NCBI GenBank assembly: GCA_963827515.1
Contig: CAWHBF010000023.1
Span: forward strand, 511,281 to 575,280
DNA: 64,000 nt
From: an uncultured Acidobacteriota bacterium
GTDB taxonomy: Bacteria > Acidobacteriota > Vicinamibacteria > Vicinamibacterales > UBA2999
Direction of reading: 5' to 3'
The number at the start of each line of letters is the position of its first letter. Position 1 is the stretch's first letter. The notes under the pieces are model-generated. The model did no database searches. It saw nothing but the letters and a program-made list of their open reading frames with translations, and was not told the DNA's origin. The translations under genes were made by a program, and so were the position numbers. Shown piece by piece: positions 25,924 to 34,969 of this stretch.

Positions 25924-27318
25924 TTCATCCTTCGACGGTGCCAGGTCCACCTCGATGCCGCGCCACTTCTGCTGTCGGAATCGCATGACGCTCAGCGCGC
26001 ACCGTGTCATGTGACCGATCAAGATGGCGGTCCATACCCACTCGGCCGTGAGCCCCGTCGTGGCCCCGAGCACCGTGCAAATGCCGATGGGAACCATCAC
26101 TTGCGACAGGATTGAAATATACAAAGGACTGCGTGTGTCGCCGCTGCCCTGAAGCCCGCCGGTGTAGCTCAAGGCCACGGTGATAAAGAAGCCTGAGACG
26201 CTCAAGTAGCGGAGGAGGGTTTCCCCGATGTCGATCACCAGCACATCGGTCATGCCAAAAAAGGCCAGCAGATAGCGTGGGACGAGCAGGAACGTCATGC
26301 CGACGACGGCAGCCACGCCGAGGCCGATGTGGGACGCTACACGTACGCCCTCGATCGCTCGCTCCGGCTTCCGCGCGCCGAGATTCTGCCCGGCGATGGT
26401 GGCGGCAGCGCCCATCAGTCCGACAGACGTCCAGGTGATCAGGGAGAACAACTGCGCGTAGCCGACGGTGTAGGCCGCCTGAGCTGCCGCGCTGTGTTCC
26501 AGCGCTCCGATGAAGCGGAGCATCAGGACGCCTCCGATGTTCATCGCGATTCCCTGCACACCGGTCGGCAGTCCGAACTTGAACAGCGAGCGGATGACGG
26601 CGAAATCCGGACGCCGGTCCATGCCAGGCTCGAAGTGGATCACCGACTCCGGTCGAAGGAGACGCCACATGCCGTAGGCCGACACGAGACTGCTGCTCGC
26701 CACGGTGCCGTACGCGGCGCCCACTGCGCCATAGGCTGGAATCAGCACGATGTTGAAAAGAATCGTCAGCGCGGTCATCGCGACACCGAGACGGAGCGGC
26801 GTGTGCGGATCCCCTGCGGCGCGGAACGCGCCACCGAGCATGAAGAACATCATCATGCCGATGATTCCGACGAACATCGTGCGGAGGAACGGCAGCGCCT
26901 CGGCATGCACCTCCGGTGCCGTGTTGACCAGATTGAGCAGGCTGGGCGCGGCAACCCATCCGGCGGCGCCCAGGACGACGGCCATGCCCGCCGCGGTGAG
27001 AAACGACTGGTACACGACACGATTGACCTTGTCGGGCTCATTCGCTCCCGCGAATCGCGCCACCAGGATCGCCATGCCGGTGAACACCGACGTACTGAAG
27101 ACGATCACGACGATGATGATCTGCCAGCTGACGCCGATGGCGGCGTTGCCGGTATAGCCGACGAAGTGTCCGACCATCGCGTGGTCGATGATGCCCTGCA
27201 AACCGGCGATGATGTTCTGCAACATCGTCGGCCACGCCAGGCGCCAGACAGCCGGACGGATGGGGCCTTCTATGATTGAACGATCGAAGGTCTTTCGTTG
27301 AGGCGGGGATCCGGCCAT
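25888..27318 (-). CDS. MATE-family efflux transporter
   Basis: 476 aa with about 12 hydrophobic segments and a typical N-terminus (PIRPAVWRLAWPTMLQNIIAGLQGIIDHAMVGH). Confidence 0.9.
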   Translation of the reverse strand: MAGSPPQRKTFDRSIIEGPIRPAVWRLAWPTMLQNIIAGLQGIIDHAMVGHFVGYTGNAAIGVSWQIIIVVIVFSTSVFTGMAILVARFAGANEPDKVNRVVYQSFLTAAGMAVVLGAAGWVAAPSLLNLVNTAPEVHAEALPFLRTMFVGIIGMMMFFMLGGAFRAAGDPHTPLRLGVAMTALTILFNIVLIPAYGAVGAAYGTVASSSLVSAYGMWRLLRPESVIHFEPGMDRRPDFAVIRSLFKFGLPTGVQGIAMNIGGVLMLRFIGALEHSAAAQAAYTVGYAQLFSLITWTSVGLMGAAATIAGQNLGARKPERAIEGVRVASHIGLGVAAVVGMTFLLVPRYLLAFFGMTDVLVIDIGETLLRYLSVSGFFITVALSYTGGLQGSGDTRSPLYISILSQVMVPIGICTVLGATTGLTAEWVWTAILIGHMTRCALSVMRFRQQKWRGIEVDLAPSKDEEIRNAKFKLQN

Positions 27319-27373
27319 TCGGAATGCGTCTCGGCGAGTCTACTATGGAAGACTGTACCGCCAGGCGGGCATC

Positions 27374-28303
27374 TTGCACGGGTGTGCAAAACGTGCTGAA
27401 GTCGCACTCTTGAGTACACAGACAGAATCCGCCACGGGGGCATCGAGGCGAATCAAGGAACTCGAGGTCATGGTCGCCGACGTGATCGTCGAGACACCAG
27501 ACACGTCAACGCTCGTCCTTTTCACGGGCAACGACCGGCTCGACTACAAGGCCGGCCACTTTCTGACGATCGATCCGCACCAGTTCGAAGCGCTCGACCG
27601 GTTTACGTGCTTTCTCGAGCACCTGAAAGGCAAGGCTGAACCACCGCGCGCCTATTCGATGTGCTCGGCGCCGCACGAGCGCTATCTCGCCGTGACGGTG
27701 AAGGAAGAACGGTTCGTACCGAACGTCACGAAGTATCCGCCCTTGCTATCGCCGCTCCTCGTCAAGCGCACGGTGCGGGGGATGGGTCTGGTCGTGACGG
27801 GCTTCACAGGCCCCTATACGCTTCCTGCCGACGTGACCTCGCAGACCGATCATCTGGTACACGTGTGCGCGGGATCTGGCAGCGTGCCGAACCTGTCAAT
27901 CCTGAAGTTCGCGCTCGAACACCACCCCGGACTCCGGCACACGTTCATCTACTCCAACAAGACCTGGAACGATGTGATCTTCCGAGACACGCTCACCAAA
28001 CTCGCCGCCGGCCACCCCGATCGGTTGAAGGTTGTCCATACGCTGACGCGCGAAGAGGACGCCTCGATCCACGGACCCGGTGTGCGGAAGGGTCGCGTGG
28101 ACACCACGCTTCTGACGGAGCTGATTCCAGACCCGACAGCGTGCCTCGTCTACCTCTGCGGGCCCGGTATCTCGAAGTTCGATCGGGAGGCAGCGAAGGA
28201 ACAGGGCACCACGCCGCAGCCGCGCTTCATCGAAGCCGCTCTCGCCAGCCTGAAGGCGATTGGCGTCCCTGACAAGAGAATCAAGCGCGAGTCCTACGGG
28301 TAG
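27374..28303 (+). CDS. Ferredoxin-NADP reductase-like FAD/NAD(P)-binding oxidoreductase
   Basis: RAYSMCSAP (RxYS FAD motif), LVHVCAGSGSVPNLSIL (NAD(P) motif) and YLCGPG are present. An alternative start lies at ATG 27470 (MVADVIVETPD). Confidence 0.75.
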   Translation: MHGCAKRAEVALLSTQTESATGASRRIKELEVMVADVIVETPDTSTLVLFTGNDRLDYKAGHFLTIDPHQFEALDRFTCFLEHLKGKAEPPRAYSMCSAPHERYLAVTVKEERFVPNVTKYPPLLSPLLVKRTVRGMGLVVTGFTGPYTLPADVTSQTDHLVHVCAGSGSVPNLSILKFALEHHPGLRHTFIYSNKTWNDVIFRDTLTKLAAGHPDRLKVVHTLTREEDASIHGPGVRKGRVDTTLLTELIPDPTACLVYLCGPGISKFDREAAKEQGTTPQPRFIEAALASLKAIGVPDKRIKRESYG

Positions 28304-28380
28304 TCATTGCACTAGAGATCGTCTCAGGAAGTACAAGTCCCATCAGACCGTAACCCCACGAGTTGGAGAAGGAGAGCATC

Positions 28381-28668
28381 ATGATCGTCGTTCGTAACTG
28401 CTTCGTCTGTAAGCCGGGGAATGCAAGCAAGCTTGCCGCCCAATTGAAAGACGCGGCAGCCGCGGCTCCTGGCCTCGCCAGTTTCCGCGTGCTCACCGAT
28501 CTCACGGGAGATTTCAATCGCGTCGTTCTGGAGTACGAAGCGCAGAACATCGGGGAGTTCGACGCCCGTATGAAGGACTACGCCACGAACGAGGCGTTCC
28601 GCAGCAAGATGAAGGGGTACACCGACCTCTATGTCACCGGTCACCGGGAGATTCTCCAGATCGCGTAG
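28381..28668 (+). CDS. Small hypothetical protein (possibly a NIPSNAP/Dabb-like alpha+beta fold)
   Basis: The ATG at 28381 is preceded by ggagaaggagagc. 95 aa: MIVVRNCFVCKPGNASKLAAQLK...VLEYEAQNIGEFDARMKDY. The fold assignment is tentative. Confidence 0.5.
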   Translation: MIVVRNCFVCKPGNASKLAAQLKDAAAAAPGLASFRVLTDLTGDFNRVVLEYEAQNIGEFDARMKDYATNEAFRSKMKGYTDLYVTGHREILQIA

Positions 28669-28686
28669 TGTGGGGCCACACGGGGC

Positions 28687-28709
28687 GGCCATCGACAGGC
28701 ACGATGGCC
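28687..28709 (+). terminator. Stem-loop downstream of the small gene
   Basis: ggccatcg-acaggca-cgatggcc forms an 8-bp perfect stem. There is no U-tract. Confidence 0.3.
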
Positions 28710-28809
28710 ACCCTCTGAGGCGATGACTCGCACGCGACGCACGGCGCTGGGTCGCCGGGCTTCGTGCCGGTGATCAGCGACCACTCCGGCAATCGGCGGT
28801 TCCGTTCTG

Positions 28810-29859
28810 CTACCTGACCGCGATCGGCCGCACGGGCGACCCCGTGGCACCCTTGATCCGCTCGGTGAGATTCAGATACAGGAACTCGTACACACGGTCG
28901 CGCGCCAGCTCTCGCAGATCCATGTTCTCGAGCATCATGACCCCGCCGAAGAGCAGCTCGTGGTGCACGTTACCCAGCTCCGGCCGGACCGGCGGCTGGA
29001 TCGTCACACAGCAACTGTCGGCGCCGACCATCGATGCCTTCTTTTCCACGGCCCAGCGCGACACGTCGACGCCGATGCCCGGGGATCCCTGGTTCTCCCC
29101 GACGAAGAACCGCGCATCGTTGTACTTCTGCGGGTTGCCCCAATTCGCCGCCCACCCATAGTTGAACAGAATGGCGTCGCCCGGCTCGATGCTGTTTTCG
29201 CTGACGCCCTGCTTCGCCAGCGCCCCGCGCACGTCGGCGAGCGTCACCTCGTAGCGGCTGTCGAGCACCGGCACGCCTTTGTAGCCGGCGACGTCGATGA
29301 GGATGCCGCGCGTGACGATCGGTTTCACGTGCTCGACGCCAAGCGCTTCCAGGCCTCCCAGCCCGCGGTTCGCGCCGGTCACCTCCTCCTGCGTGAACCC
29401 GTTGTAGTAGACGTTCTTCAACGTGCCGTCGGCCATCCGCACGACCCGCCCCTGGTGGCCGAAGGCGTCGAACTGCGTGCCCATCTGGCCGATGTAGCCC
29501 GTGAAATACTCCTGCTGGGCGAACCCCTGCCCCTCCTTCTGCGGCACCGGCGCGACATGGGTGATCAGATAAAACGGCCGATTACCGTACTGCGGCATGT
29601 TCGGCTCGTAGATGTGCCCGAGCTCGTACGTCTGGCCGGTCTTCGGGATGCGAAGGGCCTTGAGAATCTTGTCCGGCGTGATCAGGTTCGAGTTGCCGGC
29701 CTGATCCTTCGCGCCGTGCGGCGAGGGCCACCACGGACCCTTCTCGCGCGTCTGCGCGACGAGCACGCTTCCCATCACAAGCACGATGAACGTCGAGAAC
29801 GCAGTGAGACGCGTGATGCTCCGTGCGGTGATCATGACTCCTCCATGTGGACGCTGCAT
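28810..29859 (-). CDS. Secreted cyclase-family protein (arylformamidase/kynurenine formamidase-like)
   Basis: 349 aa with an N-terminal signal-like segment. LGHIYEPNMPQYGNRPF, GTQFDAFGH and RGILIDVAGY resemble the putative-cyclase family. Confidence 0.75.
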   Translation of the reverse strand: MQRPHGGVMITARSITRLTAFSTFIVLVMGSVLVAQTREKGPWWPSPHGAKDQAGNSNLITPDKILKALRIPKTGQTYELGHIYEPNMPQYGNRPFYLITHVAPVPQKEGQGFAQQEYFTGYIGQMGTQFDAFGHQGRVVRMADGTLKNVYYNGFTQEEVTGANRGLGGLEALGVEHVKPIVTRGILIDVAGYKGVPVLDSRYEVTLADVRGALAKQGVSENSIEPGDAILFNYGWAANWGNPQKYNDARFFVGENQGSPGIGVDVSRWAVEKKASMVGADSCCVTIQPPVRPELGNVHHELLFGGVMMLENMDLRELARDRVYEFLYLNLTERIKGATGSPVRPIAVR

Positions 29860-29948
29860 TGACGTCGGTTACCGGCGGAACCCGGGTTACATGTCGGCGA
29901 GGCCGCTCAGTCGCTCGAGCGTACGCGTGTTCTGCACCTGCTGCCCGT

Positions 29949-30245
29949 TCAGCGTGGCGGAAACAGGAGCGTCACCTGTGCGCCGTTGATGTCGAAGTTC
30001 CGCATGAACGATCCCCCGAGACGATAGGCGATACTAGGCGCCGGAGCAGGGCCGCCGGCCGGAGGTACCGCTCCACGACCTCCCGCCGGTTGAGGGGCCG
30101 CGCCGGGGGGCACCGGCACGAAGGGGCCGGCAGGGACCATCGCTGCCGACGTGATGGTCGCCTGCGGAAGCGTCAACGAGGAGAGTCGTTCGCAGGGCGC
30201 CGTAGCGGCTTGCCCCAGCAGCATCAGAGTCATCAGACTGAACAT
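29949..30245 (-). CDS. Hypothetical secreted protein (C-terminus uncertain)
   Basis: The ATG at 30245 is preceded by gggagg. Signal-like MFSLMTLMLLGQAATAPCE is followed by a Pro/Gly-rich tract. Another frame continues with a plausible ...ATLNGQQVQNTRTLERLSGLADM* ending at 29887, so an indel is possible. Confidence 0.35.
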   Translation of the reverse strand: MFSLMTLMLLGQAATAPCERLSSLTLPQATITSAAMVPAGPFVPVPPGAAPQPAGGRGAVPPAGGPAPAPSIAYRLGGSFMRNFDINGAQVTLLFPPR

Positions 30246-30514
30246 GGTGCGCCTCCCGTAGACCGCGTAACGATGAGCGCACCCATTGTAGCCGTCTCGC
30301 CGAGAATGGCGGCGTTCGCGAGACTCTTTGCGCCGGCACACCGACCGTGAGCGTCGCGGTGAAACGATGGCGTCCCTCGTTGACGGACAGTGCATGACGC
30401 ATCGTGACGACAAGCGCTTCGAACCGGACGTCTTTCTGGGCTATACTCCGCCGCGATCGTCCGCCGTTGACGACACGCGCTGTCCCTGCAGCGCCCGCTG
30501 AGAAGGAGATACGT

Positions 30515-31396
30515 ATGACGCGCCGTGTGCTCGTGCTGGGATTCATCGTCGCCGCGGGGGCCCTCGGCGTCGTCGTCGCGCAGCAGCCGCCCCTCGGCAA
30601 GATCGAGAAGATCGCCGACGGCCTCTACCGGATACCCGGCCAGGGTGGAGCGACGGCGGTCTACGAGGCCGCCAACGGCGTCGTCCTCGTCGATACGAAG
30701 CTCGCCAACAACGGCCAGGGCATCCTCGACCAGGTCCGGGCCGTGACGAGCAAGCCGGTCACGATGATCATCAACACGCACACGCACGGCGATCACACTG
30801 GCAGCAACATGTTCTTCCCGGCCAGTGTTGAATTCGTCGCGCACGAGAACACGAAAGCGAACATGGAGAAGATGCCGGTCTTCCAGGAGGCGGCCAACAA
30901 GCACGGGCTCCCCGACCGGACGTACGGGGATCGCCTCACGCTGCTCGGCGGGAACGACGCCATCGACCTGTACTACTTCGGCGCGGCGCACACCAACGGC
31001 GATACGTTCGTCGTGTTCCGAAACCGCCGGGTCATGCATGCCGGGGACGTGTTCGCGAATACGGCGCAGCCCTTTATCGACCCGGCTAACGGCGGCAGCG
31101 GGGTGGCCTACGGGGAGACCATCGGCAAGGCAGCGGCCGCGATCAAGAATGTGGATACCGTGATTACGGGTCACACCGACGTCAAGAAGTGGCAGGACTT
31201 CGTCGACTTCGGCGAGTTCAACCGGCTATTCCTCGAGCACGCGCGCGCGTCGCTCAAAGCCGGGAAGACGCCCGAGCAGGCGATGGCCGATCTGAGGCTG
31301 CCTGACAAGTTCAAGGGCTACACGCTCACCGGCGGACGCGGCGGAGCCGGCGGCAACTTCGGCGTCATCTACCAGGAACTGCAGAAGGGTCGCTAG
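30515..31396 (+). CDS. MBL-fold metallo-hydrolase, secreted
   Basis: The ATG at 30515 follows gagaaggag. Signal MTRRVLVLGFIVAAGALGVVVAQQ. The metal-binding motif is INTHTHGDHTGSN. Confidence 0.85.
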   Translation: MTRRVLVLGFIVAAGALGVVVAQQPPLGKIEKIADGLYRIPGQGGATAVYEAANGVVLVDTKLANNGQGILDQVRAVTSKPVTMIINTHTHGDHTGSNMFFPASVEFVAHENTKANMEKMPVFQEAANKHGLPDRTYGDRLTLLGGNDAIDLYYFGAAHTNGDTFVVFRNRRVMHAGDVFANTAQPFIDPANGGSGVAYGETIGKAAAAIKNVDTVITGHTDVKKWQDFVDFGEFNRLFLEHARASLKAGKTPEQAMADLRLPDKFKGYTLTGGRGGAGGNFGVIYQELQKGR

Positions 31397-31443
31397 ACGG
31401 CATCCCTCTCGAGGCTGGCGCGCTACATCCAGATGAAAACCGT

Positions 31444-33348
31444 TTAGACGTCCAGTTCCTGCGCCTGATCGGCCCGCTCCATGATGAAGCGGAAGCGCGC
31501 GGACGCGTCTTTCCCCATCAGCTCGTTGATCACGCGGTCGGTCACGATCTGATCGACAACTTCGACACGCAACAGCCGTCGAGTCTTCGGGCTCAGTGTC
31601 GTTTCCCACAACACCTTCGGCATCATCTCGCCGAGCCCCTTGAAACGCGTGATGTCCGGGTGGCTGCGGCCGTTGCCATACTGCTTCAGGATCCGATCGC
31701 GATGGTCGTCGTCCAGGGCCCAGTGCGTCTCTTTGCCGATGTCGATCCGGTAGAGGGGCGGCTGCGCCAGGAAAACCTTGCCGTTGGCGATCAGCTGCGG
31801 AATGTGCCTGTAGAGGAACGTCAGCAGCAACGTCGCGATGTGATGGCCGTCGGAATCGGCGTCGGCCAGGATGATGACCTTTCCGTATCGCAGCCGGCTG
31901 AGGTCGAAGTTCTTCCCCATCCCGCAGCCGAGCGCGGTGACGAGATCGGCCAGCTCTTTGTTCTCGAGCACCTTGGCAAGCGTCATGCCTTCCGTGTTCA
32001 TGACCTTGCCGCGCAGCGGCAGGATGGCTTGCTTGCCACGATCTCGCCCCTGCTTGGCAGAACCTCCGGCAGAATCGCCTTCGACGACGAAGAGCTCGGT
32101 GTCGTCACGACCGGCGCCCGTGCAGTCACTCAGTTTGCCTGGCAGATTCAGACGCCCGGTCGTTGCGGTCTTGCGCGTGACCTCCGCCTGCGCGGCCCGG
32201 CTGGCCTCTCGCGCTCGGGCAGCCAGGATGACGCGCCCGACGATCGCCTCGGCGATCGTCCTGTTGTGGTTGAGCCAGTGCTCGAGGGCCGGACGCACGG
32301 CCGAGTCGATAGCCGACGTCAGCTCGGGATTGTTCAACCGATCTTTGGTCTGCCCCTGGAACTGCGGCTCCTGAATGAAGATGCTGACGACGCCGGAGAG
32401 CCCCTCTCGGATGTCCTCGGCTACGAGCGTGACGCCTTTCGGCGACAGGTTGTGCGTCTCGATGTAGTTGCGCATCGCCTTCCCGAGGCCCGCGCGCAGC
32501 CCGTTCTCGTGCGTGCCGCCGGAGGCTGTCGGGATGCCGTTGACGTAGCTGCGAACGTGCTCGTCAGTCGCCTCCGTCCACTGCAGCACGAGGTCGAGCC
32601 GTGGTTCGCTGTCGCGTGACTGGACGAACGGCACATCGTGAACCGGCTTTGCTCCGCGCTCCGTCACGATCTTGTTGAGGTAGTCGGACAGTCCCTCCTC
32701 GTGGTGGAAGACCTCCTTCGTCCGCTCGCCCTCGTTCTCGAACATGACGCGGACACCCTTGTGGATGTAGCTGGCCACCTCGAGACGTTCGCGGATCGTC
32801 GCCGGATCGAACTCCACCTTCGGGAAGATCGTCGGATCTGGGCGAAAGAAGACGGTCGTGCCGGTACCACGCGCGGCACCGGTTTTTCTGAGCGTGCCGG
32901 TCGGGTGTCCGCGCTTGAACGCCATTTCCCAGAGCGACCCATCACGTTTGACCGATGCCAGGAGCTCCGTTGAGAGCGCGTTGACCACGCTGGCACCGAC
33001 GCCATGAAGCCCGCCCGATGTCTTGTAGCTGCCGTGCTCGAACTTTCCCCCGGCGTGGAGCACGGTGAAGATGACCTCGAGCGCGCTTTTCTTGGTCGAG
33101 GGATGTTTGTCCACGGGAATCCCGCGGCCATCATCGGAAATCGTGACGGAGCTGCCGTCGGCGTGGAGGGTCAAGGCGATGTTCGACGCAAAGCCGTTCA
33201 TCGCCTCGTCTATCGCGTTATCGAGAATCTCCCACACCAGGTGGTGCAGGCCGGCGGTACCGACACCGCCGATGTACATACCGGGGCGCTTGCGAACCGG
33301 TTCGAGTCCCTCGAGGACGGTGATGTCTTTGGCGGTGTAGCTGCTCAC
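31444..33348 (-). CDS. Type IIA topoisomerase subunit B (GyrB/ParE family)
   Basis: 634 aa with a GTG start. LEGLEPVRKRPGMYIGG, LHHLVWEILDNAIDE, the Toprim motif EGDSAGGSAKQGRD and PLRGKVMN are present. I cannot tell gyrase from topo IV by eye. Confidence 0.9.
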   Translation of the reverse strand: MSSYTAKDITVLEGLEPVRKRPGMYIGGVGTAGLHHLVWEILDNAIDEAMNGFASNIALTLHADGSSVTISDDGRGIPVDKHPSTKKSALEVIFTVLHAGGKFEHGSYKTSGGLHGVGASVVNALSTELLASVKRDGSLWEMAFKRGHPTGTLRKTGAARGTGTTVFFRPDPTIFPKVEFDPATIRERLEVASYIHKGVRVMFENEGERTKEVFHHEEGLSDYLNKIVTERGAKPVHDVPFVQSRDSEPRLDLVLQWTEATDEHVRSYVNGIPTASGGTHENGLRAGLGKAMRNYIETHNLSPKGVTLVAEDIREGLSGVVSIFIQEPQFQGQTKDRLNNPELTSAIDSAVRPALEHWLNHNRTIAEAIVGRVILAARAREASRAAQAEVTRKTATTGRLNLPGKLSDCTGAGRDDTELFVVEGDSAGGSAKQGRDRGKQAILPLRGKVMNTEGMTLAKVLENKELADLVTALGCGMGKNFDLSRLRYGKVIILADADSDGHHIATLLLTFLYRHIPQLIANGKVFLAQPPLYRIDIGKETHWALDDDHRDRILKQYGNGRSHPDITRFKGLGEMMPKVLWETTLSPKTRRLLRVEVVDQIVTDRVINELMGKDASARFRFIMERADQAQELDV

Positions 33349-34856
33349 GAACGTCCGGTCGCGACGGTCTTCGAGCGCACCGTCTTCCGCGCACGCGGCC
33401 GCGCAGGCCTCGCGGCTGTCGTTCCGGCACCGACAGCAGCCTTCACGGGCTCTCGTCTGCGAGACGACGACCGCTTTCGCGTAGTCACTGCCCCGCCGAC
33501 GATGCCGGCGGCGGCAATCGCGGCGGCATTCTGCGTGGTTTCGCCGTCAGGTGGCTCCTCGACGACCAGCTCGGCCACGACCAACTCGACGTCGACAGAC
33601 AGCACGTCAGACGCATCCGCGTCGACGACCAGTCCTTCGTTGCCGGGTTCGATTCGTTCGTTGCCGGGCTCGATCGGGCTGGGCGGGGCAAGCGCGGCGA
33701 GCTTCGGACCGGCGAACACGCGCACGGCGCCCTGCCGATCCCGCTCAACCCGAAGGATGCCTTCCTTACCCGCGGCACGGAGGAGGTCCACCACCGACGA
33801 AAACCCGTAGTGACGCTCGTCGAAGCCTTCGACGGCATTGCGAAGAAACTGCTTCGCCTGCCGCACGTACATCGGCCATCGCGGTGGCGGGACGGCACTG
33901 CTGAATGCCTTCTGCATCGCGCGCATGCCGTCCTGCATGGTCATCGGTGAAACGGGCAGCGCCTCTTCCTCACCGTCTGCTTGCGCGGACACGGCCGGCG
34001 GCGGTACGGCAGTCGCGGGCTCGGGCCTCGGTTCGACCGACGCCGAAGGCGCTGCGTGGATCACACCCTCCGCGTCTTCCCTGGCCTCTACGAGCATGCT
34101 CCGACCCGACTCGCGCAGCGTCACGGCGCCGGCTGCCGCCACCTTCTCCATGAAGTCGCGGAAGCTGCCCGCGCCGTACTCGCGCTCCGAGAACGTCGAG
34201 TCGAGCTGCAGCAGGGTGCTCTTGAGCAGACCGAGCTGCGGCGTCACCTCGCGGTCCGATAGGACCTTGAGCGCGCGCATGATGAGCGGCAGCGCCTTCG
34301 TGACCGGACTCGCGCCGGCAGCTGCGGAGGGTCTCGCTCCTCGTCCGGCCGGCCGGAAGCTGCTGCGGGTTCCGACGAGGTTCTCGTACGCGATGAACTC
34401 GTGACAGTTCTGCTGCATCGTGGCGCTCGTGAACTGGCGGCCGCCGACGACGATCACCTTGCGGCCGTACTGTTTGAGCTTCTCGACGAGCGAAATGAAA
34501 TCGCTGTCGCCGCCGACGATGACGAATGCGTTGATGTGGCTGTGCGTGAAGGCCATCTCGAGCGCGTCGAGGGCCATCGTGATGTCGGCGCCGTTCTTGT
34601 CGCCACCGGGAGTCATGTTGCGCTGCACCATGCGGATCGCGTGCTGCGTGAGCAGGCGGCTGTAGTCGCCCACGCGCTTCCAATCGCTGTACGCGATCTT
34701 CGTGACGATTTCGCCACGCTCCTTGATGGCATCGAGCACGAGGCCGATGTCGAACTGTCCGCCGATGGTGTTCTTGACGCCGATCTCGACGTTGTCGAAA
34801 TCGATGAATACGGCGATTCGGGTACTCCGGGTATCTGATGTTGTTGTGACGTTCAT
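33345..34856 (-). CDS. NYN-domain (LabA/DUF88-like) protein with two OST-HTH/LOTUS-like domains and a basic tail
   Basis: The start is ATG 34856. RIAVFIDFDNVEIG...AYSDW...GADITMALDALEMAF...FVIVGGDSDFISLVEKLKQYGRKVIVVG forms the NYN core. It is followed by ALPLIMRALKVL...FSEREYGAGSFRDFMEKV and VRQAKQFLRNAV...FDERHYGFSSVVDLLRAA (LOTUS-like). The stop overlaps the subunit B start (GTGA at 33345-33348). Confidence 0.8.
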   Translation of the reverse strand: MNVTTTSDTRSTRIAVFIDFDNVEIGVKNTIGGQFDIGLVLDAIKERGEIVTKIAYSDWKRVGDYSRLLTQHAIRMVQRNMTPGGDKNGADITMALDALEMAFTHSHINAFVIVGGDSDFISLVEKLKQYGRKVIVVGGRQFTSATMQQNCHEFIAYENLVGTRSSFRPAGRGARPSAAAGASPVTKALPLIMRALKVLSDREVTPQLGLLKSTLLQLDSTFSEREYGAGSFRDFMEKVAAAGAVTLRESGRSMLVEAREDAEGVIHAAPSASVEPRPEPATAVPPPAVSAQADGEEEALPVSPMTMQDGMRAMQKAFSSAVPPPRWPMYVRQAKQFLRNAVEGFDERHYGFSSVVDLLRAAGKEGILRVERDRQGAVRVFAGPKLAALAPPSPIEPGNERIEPGNEGLVVDADASDVLSVDVELVVAELVVEEPPDGETTQNAAAIAAAGIVGGAVTTRKRSSSRRREPVKAAVGAGTTAARPARPRARKTVRSKTVATGRS

Positions 34857-34969
34857 TGAACTTTCGTGCGTCTGGCGACGCGAGCTGACATGCTGCAGGC
34901 GGGGCTCGTCGGGTGTCTCTCTGGAATGGGAATGGTTACCTGACCCCGTCCAGTATACGCCACGCCCGT

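Noticed and set aside
29887-29960. There is a possible additional frameshift at the 3' end of the hypothetical secreted protein gene. An alternative frame gives ...ATLNGQQVQNTRTLERLSGLADM*.
   Set aside because: There is no homologous family to anchor either reading. It would require the opposite kind of lesion from most of the others. I leave it as uncertain rather than claim it.
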